Counted from the first letter of the stretch, positions 13,871 through 28,599 are shown. The stretch is 64,000 nucleotides of DNA from Eledone cirrhosa (GCA_964016885.1 OZ024740.1:175708001-175772000); one strand, 5' to 3'. Translations and numbers: made by a program. The notes: generated by a model not told the origin, from the sequence alone.

Positions 13871-15189
13871 ACTAAAAAGTCAAGTCCGTGATGCTCATAC
13901 TTAAGTATCAAGCGATGACATTACTCGAAATCGAGTTGCAGCCATCATGTATGTAGGTATATATCAATATATGTGGAAATGTGACATCGTAGTAAAAAAA
14001 AAGTCCTGAAAAAGTCCTCCCCCAAAGTGCCCGCCCGGGGAACTGGCGCCCAAACAAAAATGGTTGCAAAGCCTATATTTTACCACACATCATGTCTAAT
14101 TCCTTCTATCGGTTAATTTGGATAATTGACTAACAGTCCTCCTTCTGCTACACTTGCATGTTATTTTGAACTTCACGTAAGATCCCAGGTACATCCATTA
14201 AGCCGAGGGAGCATTCCACTCATTTGTTGACGACCTGGAATGCACGATTTGTATATTCAGCCCCAACCTTATAAATCTCTTGAAATATTGCAGCAATGAT
14301 CATCTCATTCAATTCTGTAGCTATTCTCTACCGAAACTATTTGGAACCTAAGATGTGTGTAGGAAGTGATGACGATTTTTATATATTGAAACCATTGACA
14401 ACACAGTCACTTAATGACCAGGTCCGATTCTTAAACCAGGCGATGATTGATGTCCATCACTCCCCATCTAAATTTCAATATCTCAACATAATTGTCATAA
14501 AGAAATTTGACGTTATTTTGAGTAATTATTTTAAATGATAAAATTAGAAAGTTGACATCTTAGTTGATTGATCGAAGAATTTGGAGCAAGAGAAATCTAC
14601 AATCGTGTGATGAGTACGCTTATATAATACCGGTGGAACAATGAAGAGATCGATACTAATTACCACATAAATATACGTAGGTCAATAAAACATCAACGAA
14701 GCCTCTTGATAACTACTTGATCAGCTAAAAATAGTAGTCAATTCTCGTCTAAATCTCACACTACTATTTAAAGAAATAGGTCACATTGCAGAACGTAGGC
14801 CTGGATGCATACTACGTGAAGAAAATACGAGATGGTAGCGACATATATATCTTTAATCAGAGATCTACTCATTTATGGCAGACATGGGGCTGAACAACAA
14901 ACATAACAATAGCACAGATCAACGATCTATCGAGTTATTCACGTATTCTTTCGACTTACTTGAAATGGTTGCTATATCACCGTCAAATTCAAGGAAGGGT
15001 ACATTGTATATTCCAGTTTAAAAAAAAGTGTCTGAAAATAGAAACGGAATGGGCGAAGCTGGAAAGTTGATCATCCGTTCGCTCAATAAGGAATTCCCTG
15101 ACAATAAACCCCAACATCATAAACAAGCTATTATTGATAGCTCTCTCCGTGCTTCACTTAATGGCGACTCCACATGCAAAAAATTGTGA

Positions 15190-15350
15190 AGGCGCATGTC
15201 TTAGTCTAGTCGTTAGGGTGCTTGGTAGCTAACGATCGTATGACCGTGACTTCCATTTCCAACGGCGCGTTATGTCCTTGAGCAAGACAATCTATTTCAC
15301 GTTGTTCCAGTCCACTCGGCGGGAATAAATGAGTTGGTACGCATGCCAGT
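15190..15350 (+). mobile_element. Degenerate tRNA-headed SINE with a GTCCTTGAGCAAGACA central domain
   Basis: tRNA-like head followed by tgtccttgagcaagaca...cagtccactc; related copies at ~35685-35830 and ~1488-1620. Confidence 0.55.
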
Positions 15351-16292
15351 AGAATGCCCAGTCACTTGCATGTCAACTTCCCGAAAAACTAGAACAAGCG
15401 GAGGTCCAACACATGCAACATATACAGAATAACCTAATGGTTGTTAATTTAGGCGCAAGGAGAAAGTCTCCAGTACTTGACTGGTACTTTATTTTATCGA
15501 CCTAGAAAGATGAAAGGCAAAGTTGACCTCGGCAGGTTATGAACTCTGAGTAGAGTCAGGTGGAACAAATACCGAAATATTTTTAACTCGACGCCCGAGT
15601 GGCTATGCCAATATACTGTTTTTATTCCGAATAACATAATGAAATCAACAAAATAAACCACTGCTTGTTGGCATACACACTGCTATTTACATCCAGGCAG
15701 TATCTGGAGTACGGAATGTATGGTTCGCACGCACCTATATATTTGCCAACCTAACTACTTCCGTGTAGGATTGAAAGTGTGTAAGTTACTGAATTGTAGC
15801 AATAGCAACTATAAGAATTTCGAAAGCAAAGTTCATTCAGTGCAAAATGTTTTGTGTTAATTTTATTGACGAAAGATAGAAAAAGGCTAAACGTGACCTC
15901 GCCGTTACGATTTGACCTCTTTCATCTTAGCCAACTATCTCAACAACAACAGCAGCATAAGCATCAACAACAGCAGCAGCAGCAACATCAGAAACAACAA
16001 TGGCGACAATGGTAACGACCACAACAAAAATATGAAACATCAATCGAAGTCAACAACAATAATAACAACGGTAACGCTATAACATCAAATCATGTGCAAC
16101 GTTATATTTTATAATCCGATTAGATGTTGATATAAAACAATATAAGAGAAATATAGAGTGAAAGAAAGAAAGAATGAAAGAAAGAAAGAGAAGAAAGAAA
16201 GAAAAGCTAAGAAAAATTATCAGAAATTACATTAGAAAAAAAGGGAAAGAGTCAAACTTTGAATGAATGAGAGAGAAAGAGAGAAAGAGAAA

Positions 16293-16342
<50 letters not shown>

Positions 16343-16343
16343 G

Positions 16344-16374
<31 letters not shown>

Positions 16375-16798
16375 GAGAACGAAAGTGAGAGAGAGGTCAA
16401 GGGAGAGCAAGACCGTGGGAGAAAGTATACGTAAAGAAAAAAAAGGAAAGAGAAAGAAAGAAAGAAAGAAAGAATGAAAGAGTGAACTTAAACACCAGGA
16501 AATGAAAAAAATATAAGCCAGAAAGATGAAAAACAGAAATAAAGAAGAAAAGAATAAAGAAACTAACTACCTCCACCCCACCCCAAAAGAAAACAAATAA
16601 AAAATTGAAAGAATGAAAGAAGGAAGAATGGAAAGAACGAAGAGTAATATAGGTCAAGAGAAGCTAAACATTGTTGTTTGATAAAATCTGACGACAGACT
16701 GGTATGTTTTATAGGTTTTCTCTCTAGTTTGCTTTCACATTGCATTCTTACCTTTAGTTTGTAATCAATATGAGCATGAATGTATTTAGACATGTGTT

Positions 16799-16875
<77 letters not shown>

Positions 16876-17025
16876 CGCATGAATACACACACACATAGAT
16901 ATATATGTTTATATGCAATAAACATATGATAGCCTCACAATCAAAGAAAAAATACTTTTCTTTGATAGCGAGGCTCTCATATGTTTACTCCTATTATGCC
17001 TTACGCTGGCTTAATGCTTCTGTCA

Positions 17026-17073
<48 letters not shown>

Positions 17074-17076
<3 letters not shown>

Positions 17077-17411
17077 AATATCTTTAAGTCGTTTGGAAGC
17101 CTCGACAATGCAAATGGGTAAATCTCCGGGTAACAAGATCCGGTGGTGGAGAGAGAGATGTAAGTGGGTGTACGTTGAGATGCGTGGTGTGTATAAGATG
17201 TGTAAGATGTGTAGAAGAATGAAGGGAAGAGTATAAAGGCTTCATTCTTCTACACACCACGCATCTCAACGTACACCCACTTACATCTCTCTCTCCACCA
17301 CCGGATCTTGTTACCCGGAGATTTACCCATTTGCATTGTCGAGGCTTCCAAACGACTTAAAGATATTTACTTATTATTCCACAATGCTTCAAGAAAACTT
17401 CAATACTCTCT

Positions 17412-17413
<2 letters not shown>
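17074..17413. mobile_element. Fold-back PLE terminal fragment between TA runs
   Basis: 17074-17225 is the reverse complement of 17240-17370; a single-arm copy at 50720-50875 continues into a longer element. Confidence 0.85.
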
Positions 17414-17455
<42 letters not shown>

Positions 17456-17456
<1 letters not shown>

Positions 17457-17703
17457 CTTACTAAAAAATCACTTCCAACTAATTAGTTTCTGGAATGGAG
17501 TAAATATATTTTCTGAAGAAATTTATAGAAAATCATTCCACTGAATTATTTTTTTAATAAGTTTCCAGTGTCCTCGCTATGCCTGGAGACCTATACGGAA
17601 AAAGACTTTCCTGATGACGGAATGATTTTCTATAAATTTCTTCGGAAAATATATTTACTCCATTCCAGAAACTAATTAGTTGGAAGTGATTTTTTAGTAA
17701 GTA
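17456..17703. repeat. Inverted repeat (~85 bp arms) containing an HHR
   Basis: 17456-17540 is the reverse complement of 17619-17703. Confidence 0.9.
17605..17687 (+). ncRNA. Type I hammerhead ribozyme motif
   Basis: ACTTTC-CTGATGA-CGGAATG..CATTCCA-GAAA-CTAATTAG-TT-GGAAGT; palindromic stem III ACTAATTAGT; 6-bp stem I. Confidence 0.85.
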
Positions 17704-17859
17704 AGTTAATTTTATAATTTTCTTATTTTACGTCTCTCATGCATTGAACCACATTGTTAATAAGACAAAACCTATATATTTGCTAGCATTGATATGGATC
17801 TGTGTGTATATATAGATGTTACTAGATATAAATTCCTTATATTATATATATATATTTGG

Positions 17860-19003
17860 TTTTTTAACTATGGAGCGCTTGCCAGTATAACTCTGATTTT
17901 GCGTTTCGTTTCGCTTTTTCTACCCGCCGAAATGCGATTCTCGCTGAATTTATATTTGTATTAATCTCCCGAGTCTTACAATTAACCCGTTAATAATTCT
18001 ATTGACAGATTAATTGCATAAGTTTATTTTAAAACTACCCGGTTGAGTGCTTATTCGATTTGTGTTATTTATGCAATTTTTTGCTTGATTTACACATACT
18101 GAATTAATTTGCCAAAATCTGGGGTTTTTCCCCTTGTGTGTTACGCATGTGCTTTTACAATGCCCTGCTTCATTCACAAAGTTGGCGCAGAGCAAAATAC
18201 CTGTTGATAAAATGATAAAGTGGTAGAAAGAATTCTTCTACCACTTTATCATTTTTTTTAGCTGACTCCAACAACAACACCACTACCAACATAAGAATAG
18301 AGGTTAGATGTACCTAACAATAACAAGAACAGCCACTACAGATTGGCTTGCCTCAGAACGAATTTCTATAGACTTTTGACTGAGGAATGTTCTAACAACT
18401 GACCAATGAGAGGAGAAGAGGCCCTTTGTCGCTGAAATTCGTTTGTTTAAATTCATATGATTCCAGTTCCTCAGTGAAATAACAACCCAACCAATCAGAG
18501 TATTGACAAAGTTAAACATCTCAACAACATGTGTACTCGTCTCTACCACACTAATTCGGACTGGCTGAAGAGGTCACAGCCAAAGATGGCTGTCACCGAA
18601 ATATATAATGCAGTAATAAACGAAGCCAAATTTTAAACATTTGCCTTTTTTATTTTATTTTATTTTATTTTACATTACTCCGGAGTAACCAAACCAACCT
18701 GCGCACTTCGTCGAGTGCTCCAATCTGCATACTGAGGTGTTGGTATACAACCAACATATACTCAAAACTTATATATATATATATGATTTTATCATTTATT
18801 TTGTTTGACCTGTTTAGCTTGACTTGTTTTTTGGCTTAGATGGTTAATGCTTTCTTGACCACTTTTTTAGTTTGTATGGCCTTTTAACACATATGTTTAG
18901 CTCTGTTTTTTTTAACTATGGAGCGCTTGCCAGCATAACTCTGATTTTGCGTTTCGTTTCGCTTTTTCTACCCGCCGAAATGCGATTCTCCCTGAATTTA
19001 AAT
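17860..19003 (+). repeat. Two ~95 bp direct copies (17860-17951 and 18909-19000) of an unknown TA-adjacent repeat
   Basis: tttttaactatggagcgcttgccag...gaaatgcgattctc present twice. Confidence 0.85.
18559..18620 (+). ncRNA. Type I hammerhead ribozyme motif followed by AATAAA (PLE 3' end)
   Basis: CTGAAGA-GGTCACAGCCA-AAGA-TGGCTGTCACC-GAAA-TATA-TA, flanked by ACTG/CAGT. Confidence 0.8.
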
Positions 19004-19029
19004 ATATATATATATATTTTTTTCTTCTT

Positions 19030-19430
19030 CACCTACTTATTCCTGTGAGGGTTGTGAGGATAGAGTCCTCAAACACTCGTTCCAACGGGTCATGTCAGAA
19101 CCAATCGTCTCCTCATTATCGGCTGTATAGCCAAGAGTGAACAGCCAAGCTCATGGATGTTATCCAACCGTCTTGCTTGGGGTCTACACTTAAGTCGACT
19201 ACCGCTTGGTTTTGTCCGTAAAATCTGTCCGAAGATTATTTCCTGGGTGATTTTAAGCATTTGCCCGTTGCATCGGAGCTGTAATCTCTCAATTCGGAGA
19301 AGTAGCGGCTTTACATGGAGCAGTTCTCTGATCTCAGAGATACGCACTCAATCAATTAACGTTACACCATTTCGGTCGCTTGTATTCGCTATCGTATTCT
19401 CTCGGTCAGTACCCAAGATTCATGACCTTA
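19030..19430 (-). mobile_element. RTE-clade LINE 3' fragment
   Basis: ORF 19090-19347 RISEIRELLHVKPLLLRIERLQLR...GSRLKCRPQARRLDNI matches the RTE C-terminus. Confidence 0.8.
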
Positions 19431-19459
19431 GGTAAAGATTAAATAGTTAGACTTATTCA

Positions 19460-19510
19460 TGCATTACCAGTGGTTTCAGAGACGTAAATACGTCTAACAC
19501 TGCAGATGCA
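19460..19510 (-). ncRNA. Hammerhead ribozyme motif with mutated core; partial inverted copy at 21981-22029
   Basis: Minus strand TGCAT-CTGCAGT-GTT-AGACGTA-TT-TACGTCT-CT-GAAA-CCACTGG-TA-ATGCA; the partner copy has CTGAAGT. Confidence 0.6.
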
Positions 19511-19576
19511 TTTTGTTGTATCCGTACCTACACTCCCCCCTCCACACACATATATATACACATATATATATATATA

Positions 19577-19654
<78 letters not shown>

Positions 19655-19661
<7 letters not shown>

Positions 19662-21308
19662 TTAGTTAAGCAAAACAAGACCACAAATTTCACAAGGAAG
19701 ATATTATTAAAAGATTGTCAACATATTTTAGTTTGATGTAAGGAATGTAGAGAATAATAATAATAATATTAATAATAATAATGTCCGTTTACAATTGTTT
19801 CGCTACTCCATATAATATTTCTGGATCAGATGACTATATATCATTATTGATCTGGTTCAGTTGAAAATAATTCACATATTTAAAAACAGAGCAGCTCATC
19901 GGAACTTCAAAGGAATATAAATTAAAATAAGGAGAGAATGTTACATAATGTAATGTTCCATATATTGGTATTTCACTATGGTGTCCTAGTTGTATCAGTT
20001 GTCAGCCATAATCAAGCAGTATTCATCTGTTGAGGCTGCATTGTGTGAGATCTGCCTATGGGTAACAAGATGGCTGCCAAAGGACATATTTACCTTACTA
20101 ATTAGAGGGTGGTTTCAGGGGAAGTAACTCCTCGAGAGATTAGAAATTGTGGGTAGTTTATAGTTAAGTGCTAGTTTTAAAATTTTTTAATCGAGAGACA
20201 ATGTAGGGGAGGTAACTTATAATTATCTAAGTTATTTATAGCTATTTAACTTATTAGCTACAAGTAAAAATGGGGCTAGATGACTATGTTGGGTCAAATA
20301 TTCTATTGGCGAAGGAATTAGCCCTTCGATGTTGACAGCTAATAGTAACCTCCGTTCTATCGTTAATCGGTAGAGGTCGTGATAGAGTTATGTAATATGC
20401 TTTGGTAATACAGAGATCACAAGATTTTCTTCGTCCATTGAACGGTTGGGCGCTAGCCACGATATTCCATTTTAGTGAGTGTTCAATGTTGCTTAATTTA
20501 AGGTTTTTAATGAGCCTAGCTAGAGATGTCGAAGGAAAAAGAGTGCGCGTTATAGCATACCTTAAAAGGTTTAGAGGTAAACCCGATATAAGATCTGGTA
20601 TATTTAAAAATTAGCACTAACTATAAACTACCCACAATTTCTAATCTCTCGAGGAGTTACTTCCCCTGAAACCACCCTCTTGTTACCCATAGGCAGATCT
20701 CACACAATGCAGCCTCGACAGATGAATACTGCTTGATTATGGCTGACAACTGATACAACCAGGACACCATAGTGAATACCAATATATGGAACATTACATT
20801 ATGTAACATTCTCTCCTTATTTTAATTTATATTCCTTTGAAGTTCCGATGAGCTGCTCTGTTTTTAAATATGTTAATTATTTTCAACTGAACCAGATCAA
20901 TAATTGTTTCTACTTTAAGCACAAGGCCAGCAATTACCCAGTGCATTACTGGTACTTTATTTCATCGACCCCGTGAGGATGAAAGGAAAAGTTAACCTCG
21001 GCGAGATTTGAACTCAGAATGGCAAGGGACGTAACTCTATGCGTCAAAGCATGGCGTCCGACCCTCTACCGATACTGCCAATCCACCGCCCAATAATGAT
21101 CCACAGATCAATAATGATGTATAGTCATCTGATCCAGAAATATTATATGGAGTAGCGAAACAATTGTAAATGGACATTATTATTATTAATATTATTATTA
21201 TTATTATTATTCTCTACATTCCTTACATCAAACTAAAATATGTTGACAATCTTTTAATAATGTCTTCCTTGTGAAATTTGTGGTCTTGTTTTGCTTAACT
21301 AATGAATA
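19655..21308 (-). mobile_element. Truncated PLE with ~520 bp inverted terminal arms around a GIY-YIG C-terminal remnant
   Basis: 19655-20182 is the reverse complement of 20602-21308 (right arm interrupted by a SINE); spacer minus strand reads STSLARLIKNLK..LKWNIVASAQPFNGRRKSCDLC..INDRTEVTISCQHR; HHR variant CCGATGA-GCTGCTC..GAGTAGC-GAAA-CAATTG-TA in the arms. Confidence 0.9.
20905..21092 (-). mobile_element. tRNA-derived SINE (octopus-type) inserted in the PLE arm
   Basis: A-box/B-box head (ttggcagtatcggtagag..gagttcaaatc) and tail ccttgtgc..gtagaaacaat; flanked by aataat. Confidence 0.9.
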
Positions 21309-21477
21309 TTTCCAGCTCTGCGCACCTAACTTCTGCATGAACCCAGCCACCTAACTGCTTTCTACTGCATATTGTACATTGAGCACATGCCTTTACGCTT
21401 TGGCTTCTAACTAATTCACCAATCTCTCCTCTCCTATCCCCATCTCTCTCTTTAAGATTGGTTACTCTTGAACTGTG

Positions 21478-21982
<505 letters not shown>

Positions 21983-22919
21983 TAGGTGCGGATACAACAA
22001 AATGCATCTGAAGTGTTAGACGTATTTACTATATATATCTATATAGTAATTTTAATATATATATTTGCATGTATGATGTACAGGTATGTCCATGTTTGTG
22101 TTGTGAAACATATTTAAGTGCTGTAGAGGACGCCAAGTTCTAAATAATGGTGCGAAACCATGAGACAATAATAACAACACACTACACGTTTCCCCAGCAT
22201 TTTACTTTTTCAGCTTTAAAAAACCCTGTCAAGAAAAAATGAAAATGGAATTTGCTAGTTATATATACAGATATATATGAATAAGGTGGGAGTTGCATTA
22301 CGCACAAATTGCTAACCTTAAATTTCTCACATACCTCCATAAGCAACATACAATAGCTATACCCTGCTAATTGACTAATTTAACACTACCAGACTGTGCA
22401 TGTTGCAAAGTACCACATCCCTACACACGTGCAAATCAGAGATAAACCCTGTCTCTAGTTTCTCGCTTTTAAAAGCCGAAATATTGTTATCTGAGAAAAC
22501 CTGCAAGACTTCGTTTTCATTATGAGTTTATTTTCATTCATTTAATACCTATTTGCATTCCGATGTCTTTCTAAAACACTTTTACCGACTCCAACCAAGA
22601 TTAAAAAATAGGTGGTGAGAGAGTGAGAGACCTAGAATATTAAAAGATTGGTTGAGAGAAAAGGAATTATACTCAGCGAAGTGAGAGGGGAGATGGAGAT
22701 ATCAATGGAGAGAAGCATTAAAGTTCATTGGCGGAGAAGTGAAAAAAAGGAAAGCTATATTAACAGAATATCACACACACAAATACACACCCACCCACAG
22801 AGGCACACACACAGAGGCACACACACAGACAATAATTGTCTGCTAAGACAACAAAGAAGCATGGTCATTTTCAAAAATTTCAACATTCAAAACGTGATCG
22901 TTACATTTTTTATCAATAA

Positions 22920-23330
22920 TATTTTGCTATGGGCTACGCATGCAGAACCAGGTATGCAGATACTATTGCATCCAGATTCAGAGAACTCTCCGAGCAAATT
23001 GAGAAAGTTGGAACTGAGTGGAGATTCTTCAGATCAACAGTTTCTGCTTCAGCTGTTACATACTACGGACGAAAGAGACTTGTTGTGGCGCTGGATGGCA
23101 GAAGGACCCTTTGGTTCAATTAAGAGGTCAAATATGCCACCCGAGCAAAGAAGGAAGCTTACAAAGCTTGGCTTGGAAATAAGTCCTCCTTCTTGCACTG
23201 GCAGTGCAAGCAAGCACGAAGAATCACAGCAGAGATAGTAAAGGCATCCAAAGTTAAAACATGAGAGGACTTTGGAGTTAAGCAGGACTCCGACTTCAGA
23301 TCAGCAAATAACGTGTTCTGACAGACCATC
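22920..23330 (+). mobile_element. RTE-clade LINE internal fragment (between EN and RT)
   Basis: ORF 22929-23123 VGTEWRFFRSTVSASAVTYYGRK..RTLWFN resembles the RTE EW..F......CG..WW region. Confidence 0.6.
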
Positions 23331-23725
23331 CACCGAACAAATACCGCAATGGCATTTTATCCAACGCTTTACCAATCCTGTAAATCCACCACTCTGATAC
23401 AAAAATATATAAAACATAAAAAGGAGACAAGAGGTTAAAATATATAGGCAAATAAGATATCGCCATTGTGATTTTATCTCCGTCTCAGTAAATTATGAAA
23501 TTAGACTAAAATTTGGTTCTATACACAACTTGTCAATAAATTTCTCCTCATTACATACAAAACAAACAAGTATTACACACAAAGCTTGCTTAAAAACAAT
23601 CATTAAGCTCAGCGTTGACATCAACTCAATAAAGGTGCCTTTACTGAAAATTAAATTTCAGTAACTTAAAAATGTAGCAACTTTTCTACATGCGCCAGTA
23701 ACTTTGTTTACTCCTAATTTACAAT

Positions 23726-23835
<110 letters not shown>

Positions 23836-24250
23836 CTATAAAGATATCTTTCTAGACAGACTGACAGACATACAGACAGACAAACAGACAGATAGATAGA
23901 TAGATAGATTTGTGTGTGTCCTTCACACAACAGGAGATGCATCAATCGATGCATGTACTACTGAATAGATATATTCTCTGAAAGCAATATTAAATATTAT
24001 TTGCCTTTGATGCCATATAAAAAAGAAAGTCTTCCTTTCATAAATGCAATTAAATCAACTTCAACCAAAATTTCTTCACAGTCAATGTTTTTAATAAATA
24101 ATAATATAACTGTTGCTCAAGGAACAAGTGTGACCTGTTGAATATTTGGAACTTTATGTAGATTTAAGTGTATTTACGAATCGTGTTTTTTATGGAGTGC
24201 TTTGTGAGTTGTTTTAAACATTAGTTTAGAGAATATAGTTTCGCTCTACT

Positions 24251-24355
<105 letters not shown>

Positions 24356-24774
24356 TTTCTGTGTGAGTGTGTGCGTGTATGTATGTTTCAGTGTGTGTGT
24401 CTGTAGGGACACCCCTTAACACTGAAATATTTGAAATTTCAAAGTATATATTTTTTCTAAATTATAGAAGTAATGAAATGTAAACACAATTTTATACCTC
24501 TTCGTAAACAGAAAAATATTGGGATTCTCCTGACATGTTTCATTTCCGTTTGTAAATTCTCAGTAATGAGCTGTATATCCCGAACCAGTTAGTAACTGGA
24601 CCTGCTAGAAATGACAGCCAAATCAACCTCCTCATTAGAACTGACCTTGAGATAAACAGTGACAAAATCTGAACCATTCAGATTGAAATTATTTGATTAT
24701 GGAGAACATAAAGTCGATGGAGGGATACCAAGTGATGCGATTTCTATAAGTAGCAGACAAGCGAAGATCTAAAC

Positions 24775-25097
24775 TAGTAGATCCCAACCTTTTGTGTACC
24801 ATGCCCCACCTCAACATCTAAAAAAATTGTTATGTCCCCCTCTTCTTTGATATGAAAACAGCAATGATCAACTGCAAAGTGTAAACAAATTGGTATATAG
24901 GTGGTCCCAGATACACAATAACATTTGGAGGTGGCGGTGAGTATCTGACAGTAGTGTGTACCAAAGTTGCCTCGGTGTAAAAAGTAATAAAGCAAAACCT
25001 TAAGTTTGTTCTCATTAACATCGTTTTCAAGTGCCCTCTCCCTTGAATATTCAAATTGATTGCCTATTGGGTGTGCGCCCCACGCTGGGAATCACTG
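24775..25097. mobile_element. hAT (Charlie-like) non-autonomous element / MITE
   Basis: Degenerate TIRs tagtagatcccaacc and ctgggaatcactg (cf. CAGTGGTTCCCAA); 8-bp TSD-like flanks atctaaac / gtctaaat. Confidence 0.65.
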
Positions 25098-26383
25098 GTC
25101 TAAATGATTCAGGCATTCATACGCTTCCAAGGAAAATGATTTAAGAAAAATAATTTCAAAGAGGAGTTTTCTTATTTATTTATTTATTCATTTATCCATT
25201 TATTATTATTTCTTTTTATTCATTTACTTATTTAAAGAATAGACAAAACATCTGATCAATGCCTGAATAATCTTATGGATTTTTTACTCCTTTTACTCCC
25301 CACAAAGTCATAGTGTTTAATTGCAGCGATATTTAAAGCAGTAACTATGTGATACTGTTTTGTATAGACAGAAAGCAAACTGCACTAGTAATGTGAAATA
25401 TAAATCTGTTTATAGGAAATTGCTACAGATTTTTGTAGTAAATTATATCAAGTATTATAGATTTATGTAAACTGGAAAGACTTAAAATCATTTATTACCT
25501 CATTATATGGTTTATATATTAAAGCAAAAATAATACAAAGAATATGATCACACAGTTGGTCGACAACGAAGGCTATTAATGTCAATATTTAAAGAATTGT
25601 TTTAAGAGTGTCGTCACACAGGAAAATAGACAATTATAAGCGGCGAATTAGCTAAAGAGTTAGAATCGTATATATTCTGCCTCCTACCGTGATGAGTTCA
25701 AACCTCATCGATGTCAAAACTGCTTATCATCCTCTAGCGCCGACAAAGTAAAAGTGTAAGATGAACTGGCGGAGTCGTTAGAGCGTCGGATAAGTTGTCT
25801 TGCATTATTTATTCTAGTTCTTTGCATTCTGAGTTCAAATTCCGCTTAGCTCTATTAGAGTCATAGATTTAACACCATCACACGGTGCTTGAGTTCTTTA
25901 GCAAAGTTCACTCTGTGGTAAGCATTCGGGCATAGCCTCATGTTTGAGGATACCTTCCTCACTCCCTCACAGTAGACATGGAGGTCCTTACAAATATTAT
26001 GTGTACAAATCTTACCCTAAATTAAGCAATATGAAGTATTAAGCTTCAAAGAGTGCAGGACAAAGTTGTCTCTGATAGTTAGTCACATATCATGTTTCCT
26101 AGTTCAAATCTCTTCAGGCTGACGTCATTTTTTTCCATCTTTCCATAATAGACAGCAATAAGTAGCAATCATTATAATAGCTTGGATTAAATTGACCATC
26201 TCCTCTGTTAAAACTTTTGTGACAAATTTAGAAACCCATTAGTGATATTGATAACAGAACAGAGGTGACAATTACGACTAAGTTTTAGATGCGCTTGTTT
26301 GTGCCATATTAGTTCTAAATCACTCTTTTAGACAATTCTCTCAATTTCAGTGACGTCACATAAGGTAAAATTAGAACTGTTTA

Positions 26384-26712
26384 TCCATATCGCTATAACA
26401 GAGAATGTCTGTCTGTATGTCTGTCTGTCTGTCCGATCACTAAATCTCGAGAACCACCCAACCGATTGTTTTCAAACTTTACACATGTAATACCTATGGT
26501 CCTGTGAGTGTTTTGAGAAAAGAGAATTTCAAATGTTCACTGCCCCAGGGACCGCATTAGGCGATTTAGAGATCTCTCTCTATAATTCTTAGTCTTTCTT
26601 TATTTAGATAGATACATAGGTATAACGTCGCGCCCTTATAATATCTGTCTGTATGTCTGGCTGTCTGCATTACGACATTATGACGCGGTGTGTGTGTATA
26701 TATGTATATATA

Positions 26713-26768
<56 letters not shown>

Positions 26769-26886
26769 TGTAACGGTTTTCGAAATATTTACTTCTGCAT
26801 TCAAAGATTTATTTATTTTAGTTTCAGAAGATCCGTTAAGGATGAAAGCAGCAATTCTTTGCTTAAATTTTAATTTTAATCTGTTA

Positions 26887-26945
<59 letters not shown>

Positions 26946-27262
26946 ATTTTATCTATTACATTTCACGTATTATATTTCGAATACCTGATGATATCACCGG
27001 ATTCATACGGAACCCGGTCATTGAAATGATCATAGTATAATAAACCTTTCAAGGATTTACACAAATCCAGCCTCCTGTCATTTCATTATATATATATATA
27101 TATATATATATAATTATATATTCATGTACAGATATTTTTGCATACACAATAACAAAATATAAACAAACGTATTTATTTCACGAGGCTCGATAAGGAAAAA
27201 TATATATCAAATATATAAGAACCCTAGAACAAATCCCGAGCAACGCCGGGCCATTCTGCTAG
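26384..27262 (+). mobile_element. Non-autonomous Helitron with internal TA runs and a nested PLE end
   Basis: 5' TC after A; (GTCT)n near the 5' end; 3' hairpin CCCGAGCAACGCCGGG then CTAG followed by T. Confidence 0.8.
26981..27044 (+). ncRNA. Type I hammerhead ribozyme motif followed by AATAAA
   Basis: ATAC-CTGATGA-TATCACCGG..CCGGTCATT-GAAA-TGATCA-TA-GTAT-AATAAA; palindromic stem III ATGATCAT. Confidence 0.8.
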
Positions 27263-28599
27263 TTTTAACTAAAACACATTGTGAATGTGAGGTGTCAACC
27301 TGCTTACTCAACCAAAAAATCTGTGAAAAAAAAAAATATTTGTGCAAAACAAGTGTACTTGTAGATTGAATCGTATTTACGAAGTTTTGAATAAATATTT
27401 GAATTTTGAATATGTACAAACTTAACGTCCAATATTTCAACGCAGTTGTTTTACCATGAAAAATAGTCGAATAAGTTAGGCATACATCAGATATAAGTTC
27501 GAGTCTCAAAGGCGATACTGTACAATTTTCCCGTCTCTAGAAGTGTATATGCCCAACTTGTTCGACAAATTGTCATAGTCAAAACTCTGCATTGAAGCAG
27601 CCTACTTTAAGTAAACATACATTTACAATTTATATTGTATTCCTATGTCTATTTGATTTGATTTATATCTCCATGTATATATTTTCTTGTAACATTTCCC
27701 TTTCACCTGGAACAAAAACCCACAATTTAATCCACAGAAATGGAATGGGACAATTATGCCCTTCCCACTGATATTTGGCGATATAAACGACGGGAACTTG
27801 CATCAACAAGGATTTTAAATCGGAAGGTAGCCTTGACTCTATAAGTAGGCATTTTATACATACATTTTATACGCTTTCATATACGGTTTTTATTTCTTGC
27901 TCATTCGGTCTATCTAGATCACAGGACAGAGTTTATCATTCTCTATGTCCACAGACGCCTTTGAACTCAGCTCGAACCGCTGATATTAGTTATTTGTCTC
28001 GTAGCTTATTCACTGCCCCGGTTCTCACTTAAAGAAGGGATTGGATATATAATTATGATACATAATTAAAAATAAGTTATAGCCGATTGTACAAGCAAAT
28101 GACAGATACATCTTTCCTTGTATAGGGCATTTGCTATAAAATACTTATTGGTTATTAGTATCAATCAGAATACTAAAGGTGAAGATTAAAATATATGTAA
28201 AGCAATATACATTGTCTCGGTGACTTTTGCTTTGATTCTCTCTTTCTACCATTTTGGCATTATGTGATTCGCAGGATGTAAATGGAATTAAATGTCAACT
28301 ATTATCACGAGAAAATCGCCAATTGTTTCGCAATGCGATTAAATTTACCTTTGTAATCTAATTAGTGGTGGTAGACATGAAGAGGAATGACAAAGAGGAT
28401 TAATTGTATCGTTTATAGTTGTTACCAATATCTAATCTTTGGTAAATTTATAAGCTCTGTTTGAAAGAAAAAGAGCCGTAGAGAATGAAGGATAAGTCTT
28501 AGGAAATTGTTTATAATAGATCTATATCAGATTTGTTCGACATATTAATATCCAATTAACCAATCAATATCGTAATATACTCGTACAGAGATGAATTTA

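Noticed and set aside
22648-23238. 196-aa ORF as a host gene
   Set aside because: Overlaps an RTE fragment in another frame plus low-complexity sequence
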